Positions 1-11,842 of a DNA stretch of 64,000 nt are shown piece by piece; position 1 is the first letter of the stretch, and each line of letters opens with the position of its first letter. The notes under the pieces were generated by a model. The model worked only from the letters and a program-made list of their open reading frames with translations, did no database searches and had not been told where the DNA came from. This stretch comes from Eledone cirrhosa. Its lineage: Eukaryota. A program made the translations under genes and the position numbers. Location of the stretch: assembly GCA_964016885.1 (NCBI GenBank), contig OZ024757.1, positions 8,866,001-8,930,000 of the forward strand, read 5' to 3'.

Positions 1-86
1 ACAGTTATTAGATTCATTATCTCTGATATACTGATAAATACACCAGGTCCGAACACAAAAAGAAACAAGTTACCATGTCCTTACCA

Positions 87-87
87 A

Positions 88-172
<85 letters not shown>
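87..172. repeat. (TA)n microsatellite; others at about 906-965, 14848-14932, 17586-17618, 18505-18572
   Basis: Direct reading. Confidence 0.97.
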
Positions 173-176
<4 letters not shown>

Positions 177-623
177 AACACGGCGTCTTAGCTTCCTCGT
201 AAATATACATTTACTACTGAATTTTCTCTAATCTTGATAACAGTCGTTATAACTAAAATGTATTCTTACATACACACGCATACCGTGTGTGTACACAGAA
301 TCTCACAGTCACACACGCACACACATGGTTCACACACTCAAAAAGCCACCAAACCAACGGAGAAACACACACACACTGTTACTCGTTAATGTTATATACA
401 ACCCAATATACATATATGTACAGATCAACATACGCAAAACACTAGCATGACTTCACTTATATATATATACACACTATTTTAATTCATCAGTTCCAGCATA
501 CACAATATGTAGACTTTCATGTTTACAAATATATAATGTAATCTCGATTTGACATTAATGTTGAAACACGTGTCATAGTTCTCTGTACAGACTAATAGAA
601 ATTGTGTTTGAAATAAATCTTAC

Positions 624-689
624 CTTTTTTGGAGACAGCGTCTCTTTTTATGACTGGCTCAGAGATAATGTCCTCTACAGGACTCACAA
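624..689 (-). CDS. 66-nt phase 1-1 repeat exon (xVSPVEDIISEPVIKRDAVSKK)
   Basis: Acceptor ttcttttccag, donor AAG|GTAAGA, open frame. Confidence 0.65.
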
Positions 690-901
690 CTGGAAAAGAA
701 TACGGAAGAAAATAATAGGAAAGCTAGAAGGGTTTCTTGGGAAGAGTTTGTTGTCAATTTGAAGAAAACGTAGAATAAGGTGTTAGTATTTTAAATTAGC
801 TAGAACAATTTAGTTATATATGGGCTGTCTGGTATTATGAGACAAATATTGTAGTTTCCCATTGGGCCTAAAGAACAAAAAGAACCAAGTTACCATGTCC
901 T

Positions 902-970
<69 letters not shown>

Positions 971-1448
971 CATATTCAAGTATTTTTATAAATGCACGAT
1001 TCAGGACCACGGCGTCTTATCTCCGTAAATATACATTTACTACCAAATTTTCTCTAATCATGATAACAGTCGTTACAACTAAAATTTATTCTTACATACA
1101 CACGCATACAGTGTGTGTACACATAATCTCACCGTCACACACGCACACACATAGCTCACACACTCAAAAAGCCACCAAACCAACGGACAAACACACGCAA
1201 ACTGTTACTCGTTAATGTTATATACAACCCAATATACATATGTGTATACATCAACATACGCAAAACACTAGCATGACTTCACTTATATATATATACACAC
1301 TATTTTATTCATCAGTTCCAGCATACACAATATATAGACTTCCATGTTTACAAATATATAATGTATTCTCGATTTGACATTAATGTTGAAACACGTGTCA
1401 TAGTTTTCTGTACAGACTAATAGAAAGTTTGTTTGAAATACAATTTTC

Positions 1449-1514
1449 ATTCTTTGGAGACAGCATTAGTAGGTATGCTTGGCTCAGAGACAAATTTCTC
1501 TACAGGGGAAATAA
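1449..1514 (-). pseudogene. Repeat exon copy with lost splice donor
   Basis: Acceptor ttttattccag is intact and the frame is open, but the donor position reads AAT|GAAAAT instead of GT. Confidence 0.5.
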
Positions 1515-2261
1515 CTGGAATAAAATACGGAAGAAAATATTAGGAAAGCTACAAGGTTTTCTTGGCAAGAGATTGTTGTCAATTTGAGGAAATGGTAGAA
1601 TAATGTGTCGTATTTTAAATTAGCTATAACTCTTTAGTTATATGTGGGGCGTCTGGAATCGTAATACAGATATTACGGGTTCCCACTGGTCCTAAAGAAC
1701 AAATATATATGATGGTATAACCAAATATTTAGAGCAATGCCGATCTACTGGATACGTGTATGAGGAGTATGAACAACGAAGGGGGACCAGAAATAGTGAA
1801 GAAGTGTGGGAGGTAATTTTGTTAAATATGAGAACACCGATGTGTCTGATAATTCCATCTACCTCAATGTATCTAGTGCAACATTCACCTTTTCTTTTGA
1901 ACCAGATATAATGTCATTCTTTCTTAGATAACTCTGAAAATGCGCTGAAAAGTTGTATCTTTACTTTTGACTACATTGTAAGATCTCTGATGATGGAAGT
2001 GAATAAAATGTTTATCCTTGATTATATTAGTGTGTTTGTAATATAAAGTGTGATATTCATGACTGAATTAGGTAGTTACAAATTTACAGTTCAAAATATA
2101 AACAAATTACTGAATAATTAATAAATAAACTTTAAATTATAACTTACTATTGTGAAAACGTTTGGTTTTTGATGTTGATCTTCGAGAAGACACATAAGAT
2201 GTGTCAGCTAGAAAATATAAAGAAAATAATAGTAAACCTATATGTATATATAGACATAATT

Positions 2262-2437
2262 GTTTTTACATTTGGCACAAGCCCAGCAATTACCCAGTAC
2301 ATTACTGGAACTTTCTTTTATCGGCCCCGTAGTTATGAAAGGCAAAGTTAACCTCGGCGGTATTTGAACTCAGAATGGCAAGGGCCGTAGCACTATGCGT
2401 CAAAGCATCGCGTCCGACTCTCTACCAATACTGCCAA
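2262..2437 (-). mobile_element. tRNA-derived SINE
   Basis: Minus strand has an A-box-like TGGCAGTATTGG and a B-box-like GAGTTCAAATAC, then GAGGTTAACTTTGCCTTTCAT and a CTTGTGCC tail. Homologous to 8017-8222 and 42887-43167. Confidence 0.8.
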
Positions 2438-2547
2438 ATAATATTACAAATACATGAAACAGTTATTAGACTCATTATCTCTGATATACTGATATATACA
2501 CCAGGCCCGTTCACAAAAAGTACAATGCACCCGCTGTCCTTGCCATT

Positions 2548-2581
<34 letters not shown>

Positions 2582-3074
2582 TGTATATGTATTTATATAA
2601 ATGAAAACATTCAGGATCACGGCGTCTTACCTTCGTGAATATACATTTACTACCAAGTTTTCTTTAGTCATGATGACAGTTGTTATGCCTAAAATGTATG
2701 TTTACATACACACGAATATGGAGTGTGCACACAGAAACTCACACTCGCTCACGCACACACAGTGCTCAAACACATCATTACACAAAACACACTGCAAAAG
2801 CCACCAACGGACAAACGCACACAGACAGTTACTCGATAATGTTATATACAAACCAATATACATATATGTATACAGCAACATACGCAAAATACCAGCATGA
2901 CTTCATTTATATATATATATACACACTATTTTATTCATCAGTTCCAGCATACACAATATATAGTCTTCCATGTTTACAAATATATAATGTAATCTCGATT
3001 TGATATTAAGGTTAAAAAACGTGTTATAGTTTTCTGTACAGACAAATAGAAAATGTGTTTGAAATACAATTTAC

Positions 3075-3140
3075 GTTCTTTGGAGACAGCATTAGTAGGT
3101 ATGCTTGGCGCAGAGACTAAGTTCTCTACAGGGGAAATAA
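3075..3140 (-). CDS. 66-nt phase 1-1 repeat exon (xISPVENLVSAPSIPTNAVSKE)
   Basis: Acceptor ttttttccag, donor AAC|GTAAAT, open frame. Confidence 0.6.
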
Positions 3141-4036
3141 CTGGAAAAAATACGGAAGCAAATAATAGGAAAGCTACAAGGTTTTCTTGGCAAGAGTTTG
3201 TTGTCAATTTGAGGAAATGGTAGAATAACGTATCGTATTTTAAATTAGCTATAACTCTTTAGTTATATCTGGGGCGTCTGGAATCGTAATACAAATATTA
3301 CGGATTCCCACTGGTCCTAAAGAACAAATATATATGATGGTATAACCAAATATTTAGAGCATTGTCAGATCTAGGGGATACATGTATGAGGAGTATGAAC
3401 AACGAAGGTAGATCAGAAATAGTGAAGAAGTGTTGGAGGAAATTTTGTTAAATATGAGAACACTGAATCTGTGAGATAATTCCATCTACCTCAATGTATC
3501 TAGTGCAACATTCATCTTCTCTTTTGAGCCAAATATAAAGAAAATAATAGTAAACCTATATGTATATATAGGAATAATTGTTTTTATTTTGGCACAAGGC
3601 CAGCAATTACCCAGTAGATTACTGGAACTTTATTTTATCCACCCCGTTATAACTAAAATGTATTCTTACATACACACGCATACAGTGTGTGCACACAGAA
3701 CATCACACTCACTTACGCACACACAGTACTCAAACACATCATTACACAAACTACACTGCAAAAGCCGCCAATGGACAAACGCACACAACCTGTTACTCGA
3801 TAATGTTATATACAACCCAATATACATATATGTATACATCAACATACGCAAAACACCAGCATGACTTCATTTATATATATATATACACTATTTTATTCAT
3901 CAGTTCCAGCATACACAATATATAGTCTTCCATGTTTACAAATATATAATGTAATCTCGATTTGAGATTAATGTTGAAACACGTGTCATAGTTTTCTGTA
4001 CAGACTAATAGAAAGTTTGGTTGAAATATAACTTAC

Positions 4037-4102
4037 GTTCTTTGGAGACAGTATCTGTTAGTTTGTCTGGCTGAGAGACAAGGTTCTCTACAGGAGACAT
4101 AA
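4037..4102 (-). CDS. 66-nt phase 1-1 repeat exon (VMSPVENLVSQPDKLTDTVSKE)
   Basis: Acceptor ttttttttccag, donor AAC|GTAAGT, open frame. Confidence 0.65.
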
Positions 4103-4698
4103 CTGGAAAAAAAATACGGAATAAATTAATAGGAAAACTAGAAGGTTTTTTTGTGAAGAGTTTGTTGTTAATTTGAGGAAATGGTAGAATAAGTTGTTTT
4201 TTTAATCAATTCGAACCATTTCTTTGGTTTGTTCTGTCAATGTCATTCTTTCTTATTCCACACATGTAAAACTTCCGAAAGGAGTAAAGTGTGGCTAGTC
4301 ATATGTGAGGTGTCTGCTATTATGACACAAATATTGTACAGTTTCCTACTGGTCCGGAAGAACAGATATACTATTTCTCTACAGCAGTCTTAACTGGAAT
4401 ATGTAAGGATGAAAATAATAAGTAACCCTTTCTTTTACCCCCCTTTGAACGTCCCTAATTATAGAGGTCAATAAAATATTTATCCTGGATTATGATAGGG
4501 AGTTTTTAATATAAAAATGTGTTATTCTTGCCTGAATTAAGTTGTTTGAAATTTACGGTTCAAAACTTAAATAAATTACTGAATAACTTAATATATAATG
4601 TTTAAATTAGACGTTTTAAAAGTATTTTAGGCATTATTGGTGCACTGAGAAGAGAATACAGTGGAACGGTCACCTGGAAAATATATTGAGAATATTAA

Positions 4699-4798
4699 AC
4701 CAGTCTGCTGATAAGCAAATCTGGCTAATCAGTGGATCTGCTAATATGCAGATTTGACTGATCAACCAGTCTGCTAATATGCAAATCAGGCCGATCAG
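4699..4798 (+). repeat. 33-bp minisatellite x3 containing an octamer motif ATGCAAAT (4779-4786)
   Basis: 'accagtctgct' at 4699 and 4765 (66 bp apart) with a degenerate middle copy. Confidence 0.7.
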
Positions 4799-4864
4799 TC
4801 ACTGTGTATTTTTGAAAATAGCATATATTTTCACTAGCTCTGACAGTTTGGCAGGTGAACAGTA

Positions 4865-4912
4865 GGCTGTACTGATGAAGGGTGATACCTAGAAACATTA
4901 GTGTCTGCAGTT
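4865..4912 (+). ncRNA. Type I hammerhead ribozyme candidate
   Basis: Stem I ggctgta/tgcagtt, core CTGATGA (4872-4878), stem II AGG-gtgata-CCT with one extra A, GAAA, stem III ACA-ttag-TGT, cleavage triplet GTC (4903-4905). Confidence 0.6.
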
Positions 4913-5129
4913 CTGTTCACATGCCAACACAAGAGCAAGAATGAAGGGTTCATTATACTGACATGGCTATAAAATTGAGGCTTGTTTGTATAATTGCAAT
5001 CAGCTTTCAAGTCTGTTGATTTGAATTCGGGTATTGAAACAAATATTGATATAGTTCGGGAGAGTTATGTTTGCAATGAAATCATATATACTAATTGAAT
5101 ATTCTGCTTGTGACGCTAAACTCCGCCTG

Positions 5130-5300
5130 TTGCAGACTGCGCAGCAACCATTCCATTGCTGTTTGATGATAGTTTGTGACAGAGATATACAAACTCCGTA
5201 ACTTGAGCAATTGCTGGGTTTATTACTAGTTAAGTAACGAACTCCCGACCTCATCAACAGAACCACTGAATGCAACTTTCACCTGTGACCTGACAAGTTG
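5130..5300 (-). mobile_element. Possible decayed RTE-like LINE fragment
   Basis: One frame reads IAQVTEFVYLCHKLSS, resembling the post-RT FxYLG motif of RTE elements. No other motif was recognised. Confidence 0.25.
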
Positions 5301-6343
5301 TGTGATATTTAGTATGTATGTACTATTCCTTCACCCATCTATTGACGTTGCTGTTACTGTGGAAAACTGTGAGGTTATGGTCCCCGTGAGTGATGTAGAA
5401 TGCCCTGAGTGTCAATCAGGGTCCAGTGAATCCTCCCTAGACTCATTTGTGACAAAGAATATCTACACAATTATTATGTTTTGCCGTCTCTGTCCCACCA
5501 GTTTGTGATGTAGCAGACCACCACCCATTATTCCAATGACAAAAAAGATGGAGCGCGTGGACCTGAGCTATAAAGACCCCCCGAAAACCATGATCAGACA
5601 AGGAAAATTGTCAGTATAAGAACAATATTGAGGGGCTAACATCGGTCAGCATCACCCGTGATTTAGCCAATCTCTTTATTATATTGTTGGAAAGGGCACA
5701 TAAAGAAAGAGTAGCCAATAACTATTTACCCCTAAATATGTACTCCCATTATGTAGAGATTATTTGTATAGTAGTATAGACATGCCGCTAAAGAAATCAT
5801 CAAGGGACTAGAAATAAACGGTATGGAAATCATTCAGCAAATAAATACCCAACTCCATCCACTAGAGTATCAACATACACTGCCCAAACCACAGACTACC
5901 TGTCTTAGACACACAACTCTGTATTCTTCTTCTTTTCGTGTCCAAAAGAGTGCCAGTTATAAAGCTTGGCTAGATGTATTCTATTTTTATTGTCATTTTG
6001 ACTTATTTATACTTTCTTAAACGAAAATCTCATTGCTGAATTCTAACAATAGTGAATACTCACTTCCACCATTATAGGCTTACTGATGAAGTGTGATAAA
6101 TAATTAAGTATTGCATATGATTGAACAATATATATTGTAGTCAGCACATGTAGACAATTATCTATATATATAAAACTGATGTTGTCTGTATGTCCTCATT
6201 TTTGCAAAGTCTATACAACTCCACATTTCTACTCCGATTGACTTCAAACTTGTTAAATTTTTTGTGTCTCTCCTTTGTTCTATCCTACACCATCTTGTTT
6301 TTGTATGTTGTGTGTTGTGTGCTCAGTTTGCGTATGCAATACA

Positions 6344-6470
<127 letters not shown>

Positions 6471-6599
6471 TTATTTATTATTTATGTTTATTTATTTGTC
6501 ACTAGTTGGTTGTTTGTTCTATCTGTGTGTGTTTGTTTTGTTAGTTTGTTTTTTTGTGTGTGTCTTTATGTCTTCATTTTGTCCTTAATTGCTAGTTGT

Positions 6600-7115
6600 G
6601 ATGTTGCTATTCCACTCATGTTTTCTGTTTAATTTTGGGTGGAGTTCGTTTATATTCGTCGCCCCTGTGATTTGCCTGAGCATTGCATCTTTTTCTGTGC
6701 GTGCATATCATTTTTAATCTCTGTTCTCTAATGTGCCCCAATGTTCTATTTTGGCATGTTGGTGGAGTACTGATGAGTTTTTCCCATCCTGGAGTTCTCG
6801 CCAGTATTCACTTGCTCCTATGCTACGGAGTGTTTCACCTATGTATGTTATATTCTTATTCCTACACTGTCCGTCAGTACATCTTATGCTATATACTACG
6901 TTCCTAATTGTTGCAGTTGGTTTGCGGGCTTAGCTTGCAGACTTTGCATTTCCTATCAGCACAGGGGGTTCTTTGAAATGGGTGTGTTTTGCTAATTAGG
7001 GTTTTTATGGAATACCTGGTCTTTCAACTACCTTAATATTTGATTTGAGCTTATCTAGGGCCCTTCTAAATCTGTAAGCCAGTTCGCCTCTAGGGATTGT
7101 ATTGACGAACATTAC
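6600..7115 (-). mobile_element. Penelope-like element 3' fragment with GIY-YIG endonuclease
   Basis: Manual translation with a stop and a frameshift: IKVVERPG..HPFQRTPCADRKCKVC..NC / RNVVYSIRCTDGQCRNKNITYIGETLRSIG. This is a Cys-rich linker followed by a VVY-YIG motif. Confidence 0.75.
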
Positions 7116-8016
7116 TTATTCCTAATCCTTTCTATTCTGTTCCAAAATTGCTCCTATACATGGGACAAGTTCCATATATATATATATATTAATAAAAACG
7201 ATGAAGATTCGTGGCATGTATTTAGTTTTTGTATTGTGTATCAACCTGTTACGCGCGTTTCGTAGAGGATTGGCTCAGGGTAACCCATAGAAGTTATGGA
7301 TCCGACTCCATTATCGATCTGCTCTTCTTACTGGCGATCCGACAAAAAATATCGTATATATATATATGTGTGTTGAAAGAGGGAGAAAAAGTAAAGGGGA
7401 GATTATATTATTTATTCAAGTGTGGGCCACATAAGCACTGATATAGAGTTACTGTCCTTGAGTTCAAACTTCATCCCCTTCTTTTTTCACTATGTGGGAC
7501 GTTTCCCTCACCACATCACATTGAATGATGTTATTTAAAGAGTGACAATTTTGCTGTTTTTTAGGCATAACTGGAACTGGTTGGTCTTAACCACGGTGAT
7601 ACTTAGTGTCGCGGAGGTGTAACTCCTTTTATCATTCAACGAGGGAAATGATTCCATGTTTTGTGACATACTCCAGCGCTAAAATTGTCACTTCAGCCAA
7701 TGATCAAAATACAGCCACTCACAAGGCAGAAGAGGAACAGAAAATGGATAAATTAACAAGATTTTTTTTTACAATCTCTTCGCGCTTCTGCGACTAGCAT
7801 TTCCCTCCGTTGAGAGGAAGGGTATCATGCCTGAGAAATAAGTCCGGAGAGATACATTGGCTTATACAGCTAATATTGCTAGTCTTCTGTTCTGTGGGGC
7901 GGCGTAAAACAGACAAGTTGTTTAGAAGTTGTGTACTTATATTTTGGAGAAATAAAATTATATCCTAGTGTGTTATTTACAATTTAACAAACTGGGTTTA
8001 TTATAACGTACTTTAA

Positions 8017-8222
8017 GGGCGGTGGATTGGCAGTATTGGTAGAGTGTCGGACAGCATGCTTTGTGGCATATAGTTACAGCATTTTACGTTCTGAGTTCAA
8101 AACTTACCGAGATTAGCTTTGCCAGTAACATGTACGGGGTCAATAACATAAACTACTAGTAATACACTAGGGTAGATTTAATCGACTTTCCCTTCAAATT
8201 ACTGGCTTTGTGTAGAAAGAAT
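8017..8222 (+). mobile_element. tRNA-derived SINE
   Basis: GGCGGTGGATTGGCAGTATTGGTAGAGTGTCGGAC head, TCTGAGTTCAAA B-box, CTGGCTTTGTG tail. Confidence 0.75.
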
Positions 8223-8232
8223 TATAACTTAC

Positions 8233-8458
8233 CAGGCTGCATATCGATTGTGTGCGATTCATTAACATTCGCTGTGGCTGTTGGAAACTCCACAGTCTGA
8301 GGTGCAGGATCGATAGGTGTTATATTATATTGTTCCTGCTTCTTTTGTCGCCGTCGGCGACGTTTGTCACGATAGCACGGGCAGACGGACTCAGCAAGCC
8401 GTCGGGCCCTTTCAGCACATCTTCGGAGAAAGCCGCGGCGCTTTTTTGGCTCCGACAT
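8233..8458 (-). CDS. Putative first coding exon of an unknown host gene (MSEPKKRRGFLRRCAERARRLAESVCPCYRDKRRRRRQKK...DMQP)
   Basis: ATG at 8458, 226 nt open and GC-richer than the flanks. Ends in a consensus phase-1 donor CCTG|GTAAGT, compatible with the downstream 66-nt exons. Confidence 0.6.
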
Positions 8459-8719
8459 TATCAAAAAAAATTAATAAAGAAACAAAAAGATAAAAACAAA
8501 ACAAACAAACAGATAAACACAAAAACAAATGAGATCAGTTATCAAACACTCAATCAATCAAACAAACAATCAGACAATGTAGATCAATTATCAGCAGTAA
8601 TAAATTTCTGGATTGTTATACAGAAGAATAATTTGTATAAAATACAAAATACACTTGTACACTTTCGAGAAAATATTTCACTAATGGCGGAAAATATTGA
8701 TATAGTATGAATCTATAGG

Positions 8720-8886
8720 TATACATACATATATATATATACATACACAAATACATACATACACACATATATACATACACACATACATACATACACACAT
8801 ATATATATACACACAGTCACATTTATATATATATATACATGCACATACATGTATACATGCATAAACACACCCATACATACAGATAG

Positions 8887-8919
<33 letters not shown>

Positions 8920-8941
8920 GATATATATATATATTTGCCTC

Positions 8942-9033
<92 letters not shown>
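8720..9033. repeat. Compound (TA)/(CA)/(TACA) microsatellite
   Basis: Direct reading. Confidence 0.95.
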
Positions 9034-9035
<2 letters not shown>

Positions 9036-9036
<1 letters not shown>

Positions 9037-9061
9037 GACGTCATAATAGCAAATGACGTCA
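9036..9061. promoter_or_regulatory. Two perfect palindromic CRE sites (TGACGTCA at 9036-9043 and 9054-9061)
   Basis: Exact CREB/ATF consensus twice, 18 bp apart, about 580 bp upstream of the ATG at 8458. Function is untested. Confidence 0.35.
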
Positions 9062-9120
9062 TATAGCAAATCGAGAAATCCGTGAAAATACATTCAAATA
9101 ATTTAACGTCCTGGATTCGA

Positions 9121-9810
9121 ATGATGGTGGTGGTGGTGGTGCTGGTGATGGTGGTGGTGTTGGAGGTGGTGGTGCTGGTGCTGGTTGTGCTGGTGATGGT
9201 TGTGGTGGTGGTGGTGATGGTGGTGGTGGTGCTGGTGATGGTTTTGCTGGTGATGGTTGTGGTGGTGGTGGTGGTAATGGTGGTGGTGTTGGAGGTGGTG
9301 GTGCTGGTGGTGGTGGTAATGGTGGTGGTAATGGTGGTGGTGTTGGAGGTGGTGGTGCTGGTGGTGGTGGTAATGGTGGTGGTGGTGGTGGTGGTGGTAA
9401 TGGTGGTGGTGTTGGAGGTGGTGGTGCTGGTGGTGGTGGTAATGGTGGTGGTGGTAATGGTGGTGGTGTTGGAGGTGGTGGTGTTGGGGGTGGTGGTGCT
9501 GGTGGTGGTGGTGGTGGTGGTGCTGGTGGTGGTGGTGCTGGTGATGGTTGTGGTGGTGATGGTTGTGGTGGTGGTGGTGCTGGTGGTGGTGGTGGTGGTG
9601 GTGGTGGTGGTGGTGATGGTGGTGGTGGTGATGGTTGTGGTGGTACTGGTGGTGGTGGTGCTGGTGGTGGTGGTGCTGGTGGTGGTGGTGCTGGTGGTGG
9701 TGGTGCTGGTGGTGGTGGTGCTGGTGGTGATGGTTGTGGTGGTGCTGGTGGTGCTGGTGGTGGTGGTGGTGGTGGTGGTGATGGTGGAGGTGGTGGTGGT
9801 GATGGTGCTG
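9121..9810. repeat. Degenerate (GGT)n/(ACC)n tract with higher-order repeats
   Basis: About 690 bp of triplet repeat; the minus frame repeats PPPPAPPPPTPPPL. Confidence 0.92.
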
Positions 9811-9889
9811 GAGAAAAAAATCTTATGTAGTTTTCTTCCAAATTAATTTCACCGCCTTCTCTTTCATCTTGTCTTCCTTCGCCTCCATA

Positions 9890-11830
9890 TCTGGTGTAGG
9901 TGAGCTATGAGGTCTCAGTCATACCAACACTTTCCCTTCTACCCATGTGCAGCCACTCACCCCTGATGCCGCTTGGTGTCCCAGTCCCCGGCTCCATGCC
10001 CCATCCTCCATCCCCAACAGTCGACATCTGCAGTACTTGCAGCACCACGAACAAACGGAAGAGGGGCCGGAACTGTTCGGGGTGCGACTGCTTCCACCAC
10101 CTCACCTGTGTTGGCTTGACGCGTCGAGCTTACAGTGCCCTCGTAGCGTGGAGATGCAGAATCTGTCTCTTCCCTTCGTCTGCCCAGCCACGGACGTCTG
10201 GTACTCCACCAGATGAGACAGCGAGCTTGTCTGATGTCCAAGCCTCGCTGGTGAACATCCGAGAGCGGCTTGAGTGCCGGTAGCCGATGCCCTCGCTTCC
10301 TCGATCGAGAGTGCTCTAGACTCCAATAGAGCCAGGGACTGGGAGCGCATCTTCTATTTCGCCCCACTCACCCTCGGTCTCCTCAGCTCTGGCGCTGACC
10401 GAGGCGGCCTGTCGACAGCAGCCTTTGTCAAGGCCAATGTTTCGTCCTTTGGGCAAGCGCCCATTCAAACGTGCCAAAGGACTCCACAACCTCTGCTCTT
10501 GGGTGACTCCAATCCTCCACCCCCGAGGCCAGCGTCAAGCGTTTGCGTGAGAGCGTAAACGCTACATTTATCATGGGTGATGGCTCGGCTGCAGTCAGAG
10601 TGGTTTCCTCAGAGGACACTGTCCTCCATCCCACAAAAGAGGTCCTGGATGCCCTGCGACTCAAGCACCCTGAGCATGCCCCTTGCTGCTGATACGGTCA
10701 TATCTTCGGCCACTGGGGTCCAACAGGGCGACCCTTTGGGCCCCCTCCTGTTTGCCCTTGGTATAGACCACATTGCTCGGAGTATCACGGCCCCTCTCAA
10801 CGTTTGGTTCCTGGATGATGCTATGCTGGGCGGGCCCGTGGAGACTGTCTGCCATGACCTTCAATCGGTGGTTCCTCCCTGGCGCGAATCGGCCTCCAGG
10901 TCAACTTGTCCAAGTCGGAGTTGGTGATGTCACCCATGATGCTGAGAGCTTTGCAGCCACCCTCTCCATTCTCCACCAGGTACAGGTGACCCCCCCCCAA
11001 AGAGGATGTCCTCATTCTCGGGTCACCGATTCACCCACCGGCCATCCTATCCACCACCAGGTCTAGGCTCCAACAACTCCAGACCCTCACGAGTCGACTG
11101 GGCTTGATCGACAGCCACCCAGCTCTCTTCCCGTTGAGGAACTGCTTCGCCATGCCGAAGCTCCTCTACACTCTTCGCAGCGCTCCATCAAGTCCCCCCA
11201 AATCATATGGGATGCCATCCAGTGCAATCTGGCCTCAGACAGGCTCACGCGCCAGCTCGACCAGAACCGCCTTGCTTGTTTTCGCACGAGGTGCCTGGCT
11301 CCTTTCCCTGTCCTCCTTCTCAACTGGCACGCAGCTGGATAACGATAGCCTGCGCATCGGCGTTTCCTTGAGGCTTGGACTCCGAATCTGCGAGCCACAT
11401 AAATGTCGCTGTACATCCACCGTAGACTCTTTCGGCCTCCATCCGCTTTCCTGTCGCCACAGTGCCGGCCGCCTTCCACGCCATGCTGTCGTCAACGAGT
11501 TCATAAAGCATGGCTTGGACGATGCAGGCTACTCCTCCCAAGCTCGAACCGGTGGAGCTGAGGGGATGGCAAAAGGCCAGATTGAATGACTATCTTCCCG
11601 TTTCGCGGTGGCAAACCCCTCGTCTGAGATGCCACTTGCAGCGATACTTTCTCCAGTCACTAACCCAGGTACTGCTGCACGTCGGGCTGAGGAGGCCAAA
11701 CTCTCCAAGTACCGGTCGCTCTCCGATAGGTTCGTGGTCGTGCCTTTGGCAGGTGAGACTTCTGGTGTTCTTGGCCCTAGGGCTACCTCCCTATTCACCA
11801 CAATAGGCGCATCTCACTTACCATCCTCCG
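9890..11830 (+). mobile_element. Degenerate CRE-clade (RLE) non-LTR retrotransposon with an N-terminal PHD finger
   Basis: PHD-like C4HC3 (CSTC..CSGC..FHHLTC..WRCRIC), RT motifs GVQQGDPLGPLLFAL and WFLDD, C-terminal LRLGL..CRC..HPLSC..RH, KRPD and EEAKLSKY..VPLAGET. Many stops, frameshifts and deletions. Confidence 0.8.
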
Positions 11831-11842
11831 GGGATGTTAAGC

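Larger units (their letters stand above)
1..4400. repeat. Tandemly duplicated ~0.8-1.6 kb intron-exon unit (4 copies plus a truncated fifth)
   Basis: The same blocks recur at about 60-870, 880-1700, 2460-3270 and 3650-4200 (e.g. 'gttactcg..aatgttatataca', 'cagttccagcatacacaatat', 'ttggagacag', 'aactggaa'). A partial copy lies at about 4350-4420. Confidence 0.9.

Noticed and set aside
550-580. GAAACACGTGTC in the tandem unit, resembling hammerhead stem III
   Set aside because: No CUGANGA core upstream of the adjacent hairpin in any copy.
810-1215. IYIYIY-, CVCVCV-, poly-N- and poly-L-type ORFs throughout the ORF track
   Set aside because: Translations of microsatellites or antisense shadows of retroelement ORFs.
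9082-9846. 254-aa poly-Val ORF
   Set aside because: Artefact of the (GGT)n repeat on the plus strand.
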